DNA from: a virus
IMG/VR virus record: IMGVR_UViG_3300025133_000060
Location: 17,531-81,530 of that record
Reading direction: 5' to 3' (one strand)
Length of the DNA stretch: 64,000 nt
In this document: in pieces, positions 49,716 to 58,312 of the stretch
Numbering within the stretch: the first letter of the stretch is position 1
How the letters are laid out: the number at the start of each line of letters is the position of its first letter
Position numbers and translations under genes: made by a program
Notes under the pieces: model-generated
The model's input: only the letters and a program-made list of their open reading frames with translations
Told to the model about the DNA's origin: nothing
The model's database searches: none

Positions 49716-51251
49716 TCACGCACCAAAGGTTCTCATGGTCGGCAACCCACCACCTTCGTCAAGCATATCGAGCGCAATAGTCGCATACAGCAGAGCGTGA
49801 AAAGCGTGGTCATCTCCATCTCGACCATACTTCGTCAGGGTTTGCGACCGGCGTTTTCGACTCGTTTTCATATCATCCTCAACAGATGAATTGATGGCAC
49901 ACCATTCGTGGAGAACCCATTCCAGTTCCCTGTCCTTGAACGGCAAAGAGATTTCCTGTTTTTTGATTTTCTCCAAAGTGCGTTCGATGTATGTGGTTCT
50001 GTCGACAATGGCCATGTTGATGATATTGCGGTTGTTATCTCGCTTCTTGAACTCATATGGAGTCATAGGCCGAGATGAGTAATAGCACGAGCAGACTCGC
50101 TCGCCGAACTCCTTCTGGAGTTCCTTGACTTGTCGTGCGCCGTAGCCAATATCACAAACGACCTTTCGAGAATTGTATCGGAGAATGAGTTCCTTGACTC
50201 GTGCGACTTCATCTAAGTCTCCATCGCCACGAGCCTCGACTTGAAGTGCGTTCAATATCCGTTTGCCATCTGCGCTCATGATGACAATTGTCGTTGTCAA
50301 TCCCCAATCAATTCCCATCACCGATTCTTCTGGGATTTTCACGCTCTCGGTCGGAAACATATCGGAGTCGATAACTCCCAAAGCCACATCGAATGTGAGG
50401 GGTTTTGCCGAACCAGCAAAGAACTCACCGAGAACTTCATTTTGAAATCGGCGAGGTGTGTATGTTCCACGCTTCTGTTCAATGTCATCATCGCTCACAT
50501 CGGGGTGCATTGGTTGAGTGATGTGATAGCCAATGATGTGGTCAACCTGTGTGTCGTGGCCATGCTGATGCACCCATTGTTCACCATCCCACTCGCCCTT
50601 CGTGCTGGTCTCCCAGAGCCGCCAGAACTCCGAGCCTTGCTCACGAGCCGTTCCACTCACGAGAACAATTTTGAAGTTCGATTGAGTCAGCATCTCGATT
50701 AGCATTGGGAGAACATCTGGGTCGGAATCCTGATATTCATCTATGCAACACATATCGGCGGCGATACCGAGCAAACCGTGAGCATCGCCCCAGTTCGAGT
50801 AGGCATAGAAGTGGTTCAACGACTTTGCACCGACATCGAATGTCTGGTGGCTCACGGATGCTTTGATGCGTTGCTTGAGAAGGCATCCACCGTTGATGCT
50901 TGACATCATAGCCCCATTGAACCGTTCTTCAACGAATCTGGACACCTGTGGTTGTCTTGGTGCGGTATAGACGGCATTGAAGTATGGAATGTTCAATAAC
51001 CCATACAAGAGCAGGTTGCAGATGGTCTCGGTCTTTTCGACCTTGCGTGAACATTTGAGAACAATCACCTTCGTGATGTCATTCCGTTCAGTCGCACCGA
51101 AGTGCCGATAGATGTCGATGAGATATGGTCGTTCGTGAAGCATGAAGGGCTTGCCTTCGATGGTTCTGAAGTATTGCGCCCAACGGTCAGGATAAAGGGC
51201 TATTTCACGAGCCTGTTGACTCGTGAGGGTCAATCCACCACCCTCGCTCAT
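49716..51251 (-). CDS. terL: Terminase large subunit
   Basis: KCSRKVEKTE variant Walker A, CIDEYQD Walker B, SGTA, MGIDWG, VCDIG, DDHAFHA nuclease motifs. Confidence 0.9.
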   Translation of the reverse strand: MSEGGGLTLTSQQAREIALYPDRWAQYFRTIEGKPFMLHERPYLIDIYRHFGATERNDITKVIVLKCSRKVEKTETICNLLLYGLLNIPYFNAVYTAPRQPQVSRFVEERFNGAMMSSINGGCLLKQRIKASVSHQTFDVGAKSLNHFYAYSNWGDAHGLLGIAADMCCIDEYQDSDPDVLPMLIEMLTQSNFKIVLVSGTAREQGSEFWRLWETSTKGEWDGEQWVHQHGHDTQVDHIIGYHITQPMHPDVSDDDIEQKRGTYTPRRFQNEVLGEFFAGSAKPLTFDVALGVIDSDMFPTESVKIPEESVMGIDWGLTTTIVIMSADGKRILNALQVEARGDGDLDEVARVKELILRYNSRKVVCDIGYGARQVKELQKEFGERVCSCYYSSRPMTPYEFKKRDNNRNIINMAIVDRTTYIERTLEKIKKQEISLPFKDRELEWVLHEWCAINSSVEDDMKTSRKRRSQTLTKYGRDGDDHAFHALLYATIALDMLDEGGGLPTMRTFGA

Positions 51252-51290
51252 AGAGCAAGGGAGTGAACCCCTATTCGTCAACCTATCGGT

Positions 51291-52412
51291 TCAAACCTTC
51301 TCAACGATTGAGAATTGGTCTGCGTATTCGTTTGCCGCTTGGCGACTGGTGAATGTGCAGATGGTCTCTCCGGTCTTGTGGTCTTTCACGGCGAAGTTCC
51401 CCTCATCATCACGCATGATAATGACTTCAAGAACCTTTGATTCAATCTCGCCTTCGATGACCATAGCGGTGGCCTTTGAGTATGGCAAGCGGTAATGCTT
51501 TGCACAGATGGGTCCGTAGCCATGTGCGGTTGAACGATAGTCAGTCAATGGCAAGGAGCAGAAGCAACATCGGCCAGATTTGCGACCCATGTCCATCACA
51601 GTTCCAAGTGGGTCATCACGAAGTAGTGTCATAACCCTGTGAACTTCGGCGTTGGTTGCTGGAGTGAAGTTCCATCCTGCGGTTGCTTTGTTGATGTGTC
51701 CATATTGAGCATCACGGTCGTTGTAATCAGCACCGTGATTGTGAACATAGAGAACCTCGTTGGTCTCTTTGTGTCGGCGGTTGGAACGAACAACGACTTC
51801 ACGGCCATCGTCAGTTATCAAGTGGATTTTAGTGCGAGTCAATGTTGCACCGGCGGCATCGAATAGTTCCAGAACTGCCTCAAATCCATCCATAGCATCG
51901 GAGTCGCTCACAGGTGTGGTTGCGATGCGATGTGCTTCACGAGCCGCCGCACGAGCCGCACGAGCCGCATCCCTGCTTGCTTTATCGGCGATTCCCTTTG
52001 CCTGTGCATCTGTTCCCTCGTCAATCATTTTGTGAACATACGGCAATTGCTTGGCGGATAGATAACCCTTGTTGCGACCTTGACGAATCAAGGATTGAGC
52101 GAAGGTCTGACTTCGGTGTGAAAGGTATGGTCTGACTTCATCGAGTTTGTCGCATAGTTCCGAGAGGTTCTCGGTTGCCGGTGGAGTCGATACTGGTGCG
52201 CCGCCGGACACAGGTGTTGCCGGTGGAGTCGAGGATGGTGTTGCCTCTGCGGTGATTCGCTTCACCCAATACATTTGCTTCTCACTTAGCGAATACTTCT
52301 GACCCTTATTCACGAGGTCGCTTGCGAAGGATTTGCTTCGGTCTATTACATCGTCAAGCACACTTTCAAGTGCGCTGACGGCTTCAATTTGCTCTGGACT
52401 AATGGTTGCCAT
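51291..52412 (-). CDS. Hypothetical protein with two LSxKQ helical repeats and C-terminal DUF6011-like Zn finger
   Basis: SFASDL..LSEKQ and TFAQSL..LSAKQ; GRCCFCSLPLTDYRSTAHGYGPICAKH; cassette promoter at 52435-52460. Confidence 0.75.
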   Translation of the reverse strand: MATISPEQIEAVSALESVLDDVIDRSKSFASDLVNKGQKYSLSEKQMYWVKRITAEATPSSTPPATPVSGGAPVSTPPATENLSELCDKLDEVRPYLSHRSQTFAQSLIRQGRNKGYLSAKQLPYVHKMIDEGTDAQAKGIADKASRDAARAARAAAREAHRIATTPVSDSDAMDGFEAVLELFDAAGATLTRTKIHLITDDGREVVVRSNRRHKETNEVLYVHNHGADYNDRDAQYGHINKATAGWNFTPATNAEVHRVMTLLRDDPLGTVMDMGRKSGRCCFCSLPLTDYRSTAHGYGPICAKHYRLPYSKATAMVIEGEIESKVLEVIIMRDDEGNFAVKDHKTGETICTFTSRQAANEYADQFSIVEKV

Positions 52413-52434
52413 GTTTATACCGAACAGGTTGCCA

Positions 52435-52460
52435 CTTATCAATGCTTCGGAATATCAATA
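52435..52460 (-). promoter_or_regulatory. Representative cassette (early-type) promoter: ATTG(A/T)(T/G)AT box, CCGAAG, TATA
   Basis: ATTGATATTCCGAAGCATTGATAAG + 22 nt + ATG; related copies near 2344, 8965, 11355, 14322, 14847, 22289, 24460, 35032(+), 38617, 43825(+), 47345(+), 49690, 54522, 57983. Confidence 0.8.
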
Positions 52461-52466
52461 GTCAAT

Positions 52467-52961
52467 TCAAACACTTGAATCGTCTTTCCAATCACGCTTG
52501 CGTTCGGCCATCTTGGCCTGACGGACTTCTCTCTCGGCGGCTCGGCGGTCATCATCCGCCCTGCGCTTGAGAGTCTTGTTGAGTCGGTTGGTTCCAGCAG
52601 ATACGGTTGCGCTCACACACACAGGAATCAATTCTGATGTCGGTGCATCAAAGTGAACCGCCCATTGGAATCCTCTGCGGAACATAGCAACATCTTCGAC
52701 AACGGTGTCTGATGGGAGATTCGGCTTTGCCTCTTGGAATGCGGCTTCTTTCATCCATAGAGATGCACAACCCTTGATTGAGCCATAGATAGCGGCGACA
52801 ATCTGGTTCGGTTCATGTGGGAATCTGGCGACCGTATAGGTGATTGAACCTGCTTGCATATCCTCACATTCAAGTCCATGTTCCAGTAGTTTCGCTTTCA
52901 GATTCTCTCTTGTCATACGCTTCAATTCTCTCTTGCCAATGGCAGGTCGCTTTCTGGGCAT
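52467..52961 (-). CDS. Hypothetical protein (164 aa)
   Basis: ORF with TTGATATAGGTGGG promoter. Confidence 0.65.
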   Translation of the reverse strand: MPRKRPAIGKRELKRMTRENLKAKLLEHGLECEDMQAGSITYTVARFPHEPNQIVAAIYGSIKGCASLWMKEAAFQEAKPNLPSDTVVEDVAMFRRGFQWAVHFDAPTSELIPVCVSATVSAGTNRLNKTLKRRADDDRRAAEREVRQAKMAERKRDWKDDSSV

Positions 52962-52988
52962 ATTACCACCGAGCCAGCCCCACCTATA

Positions 52989-53570
52989 TCAATCGTTCCG
53001 TTCTATCAACACAAAAGATTCACACCAGACTCCACCGTTATTCGCTTTGCAGCAATCCCGACAAGCCGATTCGGGAGCCATCCGGCGAGTTCTGAACAGA
53101 ACTTTGTGGCATTTTGGACATTCATACTTGAACAGTCGACCCTTATCTCGCTCGATACGCTCGATTGCTCGAACGAACTTCGCTCGTTGATAGCGATATT
53201 CGTCAAATTGTTCCCAGCCTGATTCCAATTTGGTGAACATCTGGCCATGTCCTGCTTCGCTCCCACATACAATGTGAAGCAGTTCGTGATGAATCAATCC
53301 TTTGAGCAGGAGTGGCTCCATCAAGTGATACTTGTCGAATGAATAGCGATTGAGAGAGATGGTGAAATCATCATCCTTGAATCTGACCTGCGCCAGTAGG
53401 CGGATTGTTCCCTCACGGAGATACCGCCAGCGCAACCACGATGTTCCGCTTGGCAACCCACCGAGAACATCTGGTCGGTCGGCTCGCAATTCTCGATAGA
53501 GATTCCGAACCAACAGGAGATGCTCAACAGATAGTGGGTTGGTCAATCTGGATTTCCGACTCGTTCCCAT
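52989..53570 (-). CDS. SprT-like zinc metalloprotease with Zn ribbon
   Basis: HHELLH..GHGQMF; YECPKC..CRDC. Confidence 0.8.
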   Translation of the reverse strand: MGTSRKSRLTNPLSVEHLLLVRNLYRELRADRPDVLGGLPSGTSWLRWRYLREGTIRLLAQVRFKDDDFTISLNRYSFDKYHLMEPLLLKGLIHHELLHIVCGSEAGHGQMFTKLESGWEQFDEYRYQRAKFVRAIERIERDKGRLFKYECPKCHKVLFRTRRMAPESACRDCCKANNGGVWCESFVLIERND

Positions 53571-53803
53571 TGTTCACCCTCAACGGCGGTGATGAAAATA
53601 ATATCGTCTGCTCGGAACAAGCGGAATACTTGTTGGGGATTTGTCAATGTCAACATGAGAACCTTCTCGCCAATCGCCGTTGGCGATGTGTTGGCGTTTA
53701 TCTCCCATGAGTGAGTCTTGAGTCCGTTGACTTCGATTTCATCGTGCTCCATTTCATCGTTCACTTCTTCGACCACTTCTCGTATGTCATCCTCAAGACT
53801 CAT
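53543..53803 (-). CDS. Hypothetical protein (86 aa)
   Basis: Coupled ORF. Confidence 0.55.
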   Translation of the reverse strand: MSLEDDIREVVEEVNDEMEHDEIEVNGLKTHSWEINANTSPTAIGEKVLMLTLTNPQQVFRLFRADDIIFITAVEGEQWERVGNPD

Positions 53804-54318
53804 TGAGAATCACTCTCCTGCCCCAAGAATAGATTGACGACACCATTCTCGACCTTCACCAAGAATTGTCGACCATCACGAGTCCATGACACTTCGCCAT
53901 TCGAACGGTCTCCGATAATTGCGTGGATGAACTGGTTGATGTCGGTGAGATTCAATCGAATCATATCGACAGTCGGTTGATGAGGATTGGTGATACACTT
54001 CTTTGAACTGGCATCTGGATTGACTCTGGAATGCCTCATGGCATCTCCATCATACGCTTCTCGAACTTTGTCTTGAGTTATCGACTTGACAACCCACGAG
54101 ATTCCCTCGCCGGTCGCCAACCATCGGCGACTGTTCTTCGGATGCTTCTGGATGAAGCCCGACACCTTCAACGAATGAATGGTATGATTGTATGACTTCG
54201 CTTGTAGCGGTGCATCGTTGATTATTCCAGTTTTGTTTGTTGGTTCGTTTGAGTTCGTGATGAACATTTTGAGAACACTCATCATTCTCACTCTGGTCTT
54301 GTCGCCGATTCCGGTCAT
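53800..54318 (-). CDS. Winged-helix DNA-binding protein candidate
   Basis: TIHSLKVSGFIQK..WLATGEG. Confidence 0.55.
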   Translation of the reverse strand: MTGIGDKTRVRMMSVLKMFITNSNEPTNKTGIINDAPLQAKSYNHTIHSLKVSGFIQKHPKNSRRWLATGEGISWVVKSITQDKVREAYDGDAMRHSRVNPDASSKKCITNPHQPTVDMIRLNLTDINQFIHAIIGDRSNGEVSWTRDGRQFLVKVENGVVNLFLGQESDSQ

Positions 54319-54374
54319 AATTCATTCATGGATTGCACACCATTATGAACTCGCCGGTATTGATATAGTGGGGT

Positions 54375-54499
54375 AAAGGAAAAGGATTGGTGGGGGATGC
54401 CACTTCGACTATACATTTGTTGGCCGACCACTCGTTGTGGCCGTTTAAGGGATTACTCTCCCACTTGCGGTCTCGTTCCGCATCCCAAGTCGCTTGGGT
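54375..54499 (-). ncRNA. Candidate multi-hairpin small RNA D (about 125 nt)
   Basis: Promoter at 54522-54545 with no start codon at +23; consecutive hairpins CCCAAG-CGA-CUUGGG, UGCGG-AACGAGA-CCGCA, GGGA-GAGUAA-UCCC, GGCCAC-AACGA-GUGGUC; CCUUUUCCUUU tail. Confidence 0.65.
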
Positions 54500-54540
54500 A
54501 TTTGATGCGAGGGTGTTGGTGTATATCAATGCTTTGGTTC

Positions 54541-55404
54541 TCAAGCCTCAAATGATACGGTTCCACTCATGTCGCCATCTCGGTCGAGAGCCAAGAACTG
54601 TTGAGTAGTCTTGAGCATCATCATTTTCGCCCTGTCGATATTCCGCTGGGTCTGGTCGCCATGCTCCATCCAGTTATCGGAGTCAATATCCCCTCGAACA
54701 CAGTATGCAATTTGACCTTGCTTACGAAGTAATTTGGGAGATGAGATTGCGATGAGTTCCTGCTCAAGTGATTTGATAGCGAACAAATCCGCACCGGCAT
54801 CAGGATGCGGAGTTCCATCGGCCAAGTTTCTCGGCCAACAAACCAAGTCTTGATATGAATCTGGCAACGGTTGGAATGCCACCGATGGAATCACAACCGT
54901 CTTAGACGAATGGAGTCCTTTGTGTGGGCGATTGAATTGAAGTGCGGTGGCATCGAGAACGAATCCTTTCGCCGCACAAACCACATGGCCATCATAGCCA
55001 TCACCATCGACAACCTGTTCGTGGAATATCCCCAGATAATATGGCACAAGGTCGGGTCGGGTTTTGGGTTTGTTCCTATTCCCGCCACGCTGGTTGCGAG
55101 CCTTTGCTCTGGCTTGCCACGAGTCATGTTTGGATGGTTTGGGTGCTTTGATAGGCATCCCACCGGCGAATCGAACATAGTCATAATTCCACCCATACAC
55201 ATCACAAGCAATCGCTTTGGCTTCTGCATCGAACCCCACTTCTCTAAGAGTGTGAGCCATAGCCTCGCTGATTTGATAGCAACAATCTGGGAACATCTTG
55301 GAGTCTTGGAGCATAATGGCGGCATTCAAGACGGCTTCAATCTCATGTGGAAAGTCGGGCATCCTGTGATATGTGAGGTCGACTTGGACTTCTTGGTCGC
55401 TCAT
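54541..55404 (-). CDS. Hypothetical protein, possible transglutaminase/papain-like Cys-His-Asp enzyme
   Basis: DCCYQIS...YDGHVV...VLDATALQF. Confidence 0.6.
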   Translation of the reverse strand: MSDQEVQVDLTYHRMPDFPHEIEAVLNAAIMLQDSKMFPDCCYQISEAMAHTLREVGFDAEAKAIACDVYGWNYDYVRFAGGMPIKAPKPSKHDSWQARAKARNQRGGNRNKPKTRPDLVPYYLGIFHEQVVDGDGYDGHVVCAAKGFVLDATALQFNRPHKGLHSSKTVVIPSVAFQPLPDSYQDLVCWPRNLADGTPHPDAGADLFAIKSLEQELIAISSPKLLRKQGQIAYCVRGDIDSDNWMEHGDQTQRNIDRAKMMMLKTTQQFLALDRDGDMSGTVSFEA

Positions 55405-55430
55405 GTCAATGAAGAGAGGCCACACCCTTA

Positions 55431-55817
55431 TCAATTCTTTGGAATCACAATGGTCGTTGGTTCTTGACAGGTGTATGAGATAATCACGGCGTTCCGGTCG
55501 GCATCGAGAGTGTTGTGGTCGAACACCCACTTCTTGACGGCATCATCTGGATTCTTCAAGCAAGTGTATTGCGAGCGAAGAATTGGCCGAATCGCATCAT
55601 CCGTTCGGTATTTGTTCCAGACGGATTGCTCACATATTCTCAAAGCGGGGTCGAATGAATCTCCATCGACTTCGCCGATTTTGACTTTATTCTCATCCCA
55701 AGTGTGAATCCAGATTTTGCCGTTCCCAGATTGAACGAGAAGAAGTATCGGCTCCAATATCTCTTCGGCAAGTATGTTCTCCAGAGCCGATTCCATCATT
55801 TCACTCCCATTCAACAT
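55431..55817 (-). CDS. Hypothetical protein (about 122 aa)
   Basis: ORF; real start probably MMESALE. Confidence 0.55.
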   Translation of the reverse strand: MLNGSEMMESALENILAEEILEPILLLVQSGNGKIWIHTWDENKVKIGEVDGDSFDPALRICEQSVWNKYRTDDAIRPILRSQYTCLKNPDDAVKKWVFDHNTLDADRNAVIISYTCQEPTTIVIPKN

Positions 55818-56103
55818 TCAAGTTCAAGGGTCCGGCCACACCAAGCGTTGCGACCACGACTAATCCTTTGAGGAACATGACTTCATCGAAGTCAAATGAA
55901 AACACTCCCGTCTGGGCGGATAGAATATATTTAGCAACGAGGTTCGTGGATGCCACATCTCCGACTTCGGCACAATCATGAATCTCCAAAGTGCAATCAT
56001 CCATCCCCAATGAGCCAGTCAAACGGAGCATCATGACTGGTGCTGGACTTGGAACAAGACTTGTGGTAGTCGATGTCAACGAGAGGTTTGTGATGTTCCC
56101 CAT
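55801..56103 (-). CDS. Small beta-rich protein, probably structural
   Basis: Late-type promoter CCGTGATAACC; LEIHD..FLKGLVV. Confidence 0.55.
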   Translation of the reverse strand: MGNITNLSLTSTTTSLVPSPAPVMMLRLTGSLGMDDCTLEIHDCAEVGDVASTNLVAKYILSAQTGVFSFDFDEVMFLKGLVVVATLGVAGPLNLNVEWE

Positions 56104-56143
56104 ACGCAATTCGTTCTTCATGGGGGGTTATCACGGTATTGGG

Positions 56144-56290
56144 TCATTCTTCTTCATCAGGAGTGGCTTCTCCACTCTTTCGATTCTTCAAGAACTGTTT
56201 CATGGCGGTTCTCGCACTTTGATGGTTATAGCACAATCGGAATCCTCTCGATGCGCTGTTCCGGCATCCTCGTTTTGCACATAGCCGCAT
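56144..56290 (-). CDS. Small Cys/His protein (48 aa)
   Basis: Manual translation MRLCAKRGCRNSASRGFRLCYNH...; GGTGA SD. Confidence 0.45.
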   Translation of the reverse strand: MRLCAKRGCRNSASRGFRLCYNHQSARTAMKQFLKNRKSGEATPDEEE

Positions 56291-56383
56291 TCTTAATCAC
56301 CACGAGCCATGAACCACAACCAGATAGACACCCATATCAAAAAGAACCAATCGCTGATTGCATCCTTCATTGAATCGACCCCA

Positions 56384-56638
56384 TCATTCTCCACCCGTTG
56401 TTTCCAAGACTTTGGCGAGAACTTCATATTGAGTTATACTGGTCTGGCCGAACGACACATCACAAGCCACTTGCTCACGCTCGTTGACCATTCCAATCCC
56501 TTGTGCAAGGAACATCGCAATATCCGCCGCAGACATATTCATGTCAGGTGGGAGATTCCCTTTGGCTCGGAACTGAATCACGATGGTCGGGTATGATTCT
56601 TCAATCGGTTGGCTTGGCTTTGCAGACTTCTTCGGCAT
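56384..56638 (-). CDS. Hypothetical protein (84 aa)
   Basis: ATG 22 nt after TTGATAAG. Confidence 0.6.
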   Translation of the reverse strand: MPKKSAKPSQPIEESYPTIVIQFRAKGNLPPDMNMSAADIAMFLAQGIGMVNEREQVACDVSFGQTSITQYEVLAKVLETTGGE

Positions 56639-56741
56639 GACCAACCCTCGCAATCCCACCCTTATCAATGAAGCGGAATCACAATGAGAACAATGATTGG
56701 GAATGATTGGAACCGGATTCAAACCGATTGACGGCGGTGTC

Positions 56742-56781
56742 AATCATTATCCCCCCTATGGGGGGATAGTCCAAAGAATCA
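56742..56781. repeat. 40-bp G-string palindromic element, copy 2 (inverted relative to 13251-13290)
   Basis: AATCATTATCCCCCC-TAT-GGGGGGATAGTCCAAAGAATCA; followed by (GT)n at about 56859-56870 and an A-rich tract. Confidence 0.85.
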
Positions 56782-57406
56782 GATGAGACCCCCTCTTGAC
56801 ACACATACACACCCAATCTGGTGTGGTTGGGCGCAGTATATCATTCTCCCATTTTGTAGTGTGTGTGTGTCCCATACACCCCCTTCGTTTGTTTAATTGA
56901 TTTGATGGAACATAAGTAGTAATATAGCGAAAAAAAATAATGAAAAAACGAGAATTCTATTTTGAGAGGATATTCAAGCGAAAACGAAAAACCAAATGCT
57001 TCTCGACCGACAGGCGGGGGGTCATGGCTCCGGCAGATTGTCGACCATCAGGCTATCTGGAGCGAATGACATTCTCATCCCCCCCACGATGCTGAATATA
57101 TTCCAGTTCCCGAAGTCGAATCATCATCGACAATTCTCTGGGAGCGAGAGCGAGGCATCATGCACCCGCACACCTATCGCACACCCTTCACATCATTCGA
57201 TGATTCGGCGAACGCACAGATTGGTCAAAGCATTCCGAACTGGCACATCTATCTGTCAGATGGCCGGTCGTGTTGTTGACCATGTGCATCCCACCAGATG
57301 GTGGCACACCCATGCACACCCTTCGATGAAGGCGGTGATGATTGAACACCCCCCACACCCCGAAGGATGCAGGGAGTGAACCATCGTTGGTTGACTGACT
57401 TGGGAT

Positions 57407-57946
57407 TCAAGCGGTGCGAGCAGTGAACTGCTGGCGACCTGCTTTCATTCCACGAGTCTCGTTGGTGATGGACTTTAGAAGTGCTTCAGCAGCGGCGAAC
57501 TTCTCGGAGTCGAAGTCGAGTCCAAGTATTCGTGCTTGTGTTGCGACATCTCCATTGATGAGTGATTCTTTCATCTGACTGGTGATGTTCTCTGCGGTGA
57601 TGGTGTTGTTGTTCATCAAGAGTAATAGTGCAAGACTCTTTGTTCCAAGTTTCTGTGTGATTACTGCATCTGGGTTGTCAAGTCCGACTGTTGCATCGCC
57701 GGTGATTTGGCTGGTTGCTCCGGTGTTGTTGTCAACGATTGTGAGGTCAACGCTGTTGGTCTGCTTCTCGGCAGGTGCGTCATTCACGGTTGTGCGGTCA
57801 ATCTTTTTCTGCTTTGTTGCCCACGAAGCAACGGCGCATCCTGCGCCTGTTGACATAACGGCAGAGGAATCCACAAGGGTTCCTGTTGCCCTGTCAAGGG
57901 TTAATTCGGTGGTCTGGCTTTCGGTTTCGGTTTCGGTTTGGCTCAT
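57407..57946 (-). CDS. Hypothetical protein (179 aa), self-promoted cassette
   Basis: Promoter ATTGATATAACCGAAGCATTGATAAG at about 57983-58008; GGAGAG SD. Confidence 0.7.
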   Translation of the reverse strand: MSQTETETESQTTELTLDRATGTLVDSSAVMSTGAGCAVASWATKQKKIDRTTVNDAPAEKQTNSVDLTIVDNNTGATSQITGDATVGLDNPDAVITQKLGTKSLALLLLMNNNTITAENITSQMKESLINGDVATQARILGLDFDSEKFAAAEALLKSITNETRGMKAGRQQFTARTA

Positions 57947-58312
57947 TTTGGCTCTCTCCTTGTATTGGCGTAGGTGTTCCACCTTATCAATGCTTCGGTT
58001 ATATCAATGCTTTTTGGCCATAATACTTCAATTTTAACTGGGCCGAACGAGCCTCAACAAACCTCGATTCGATATTGAACCGAATAACTTCGGCAGAATG
58101 ATGTCGACCAGTCGTTCGGATTGCAGGATGGAGCATATTTGGGGATTTCACAGGCTCGCAGTATAGCGGTTTTCTAAGTTCGTTTTTTTCGTCTTTTTTG
58201 TAATTGTCTGGAAAACACTCGAAGGAACTTTTGGCCATATCGGATTCGATATATCATCCAGTTCGCCAGTTCTGGTTGCTGGAATCGAATCGAATCGAAT
58301 CCGACCGCAGAT

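Noticed and set aside
56996-57379. 127-aa plus-strand ORF
   Set aside because: No class promoter or SD; His/Pro-rich translation of repeat-containing DNA
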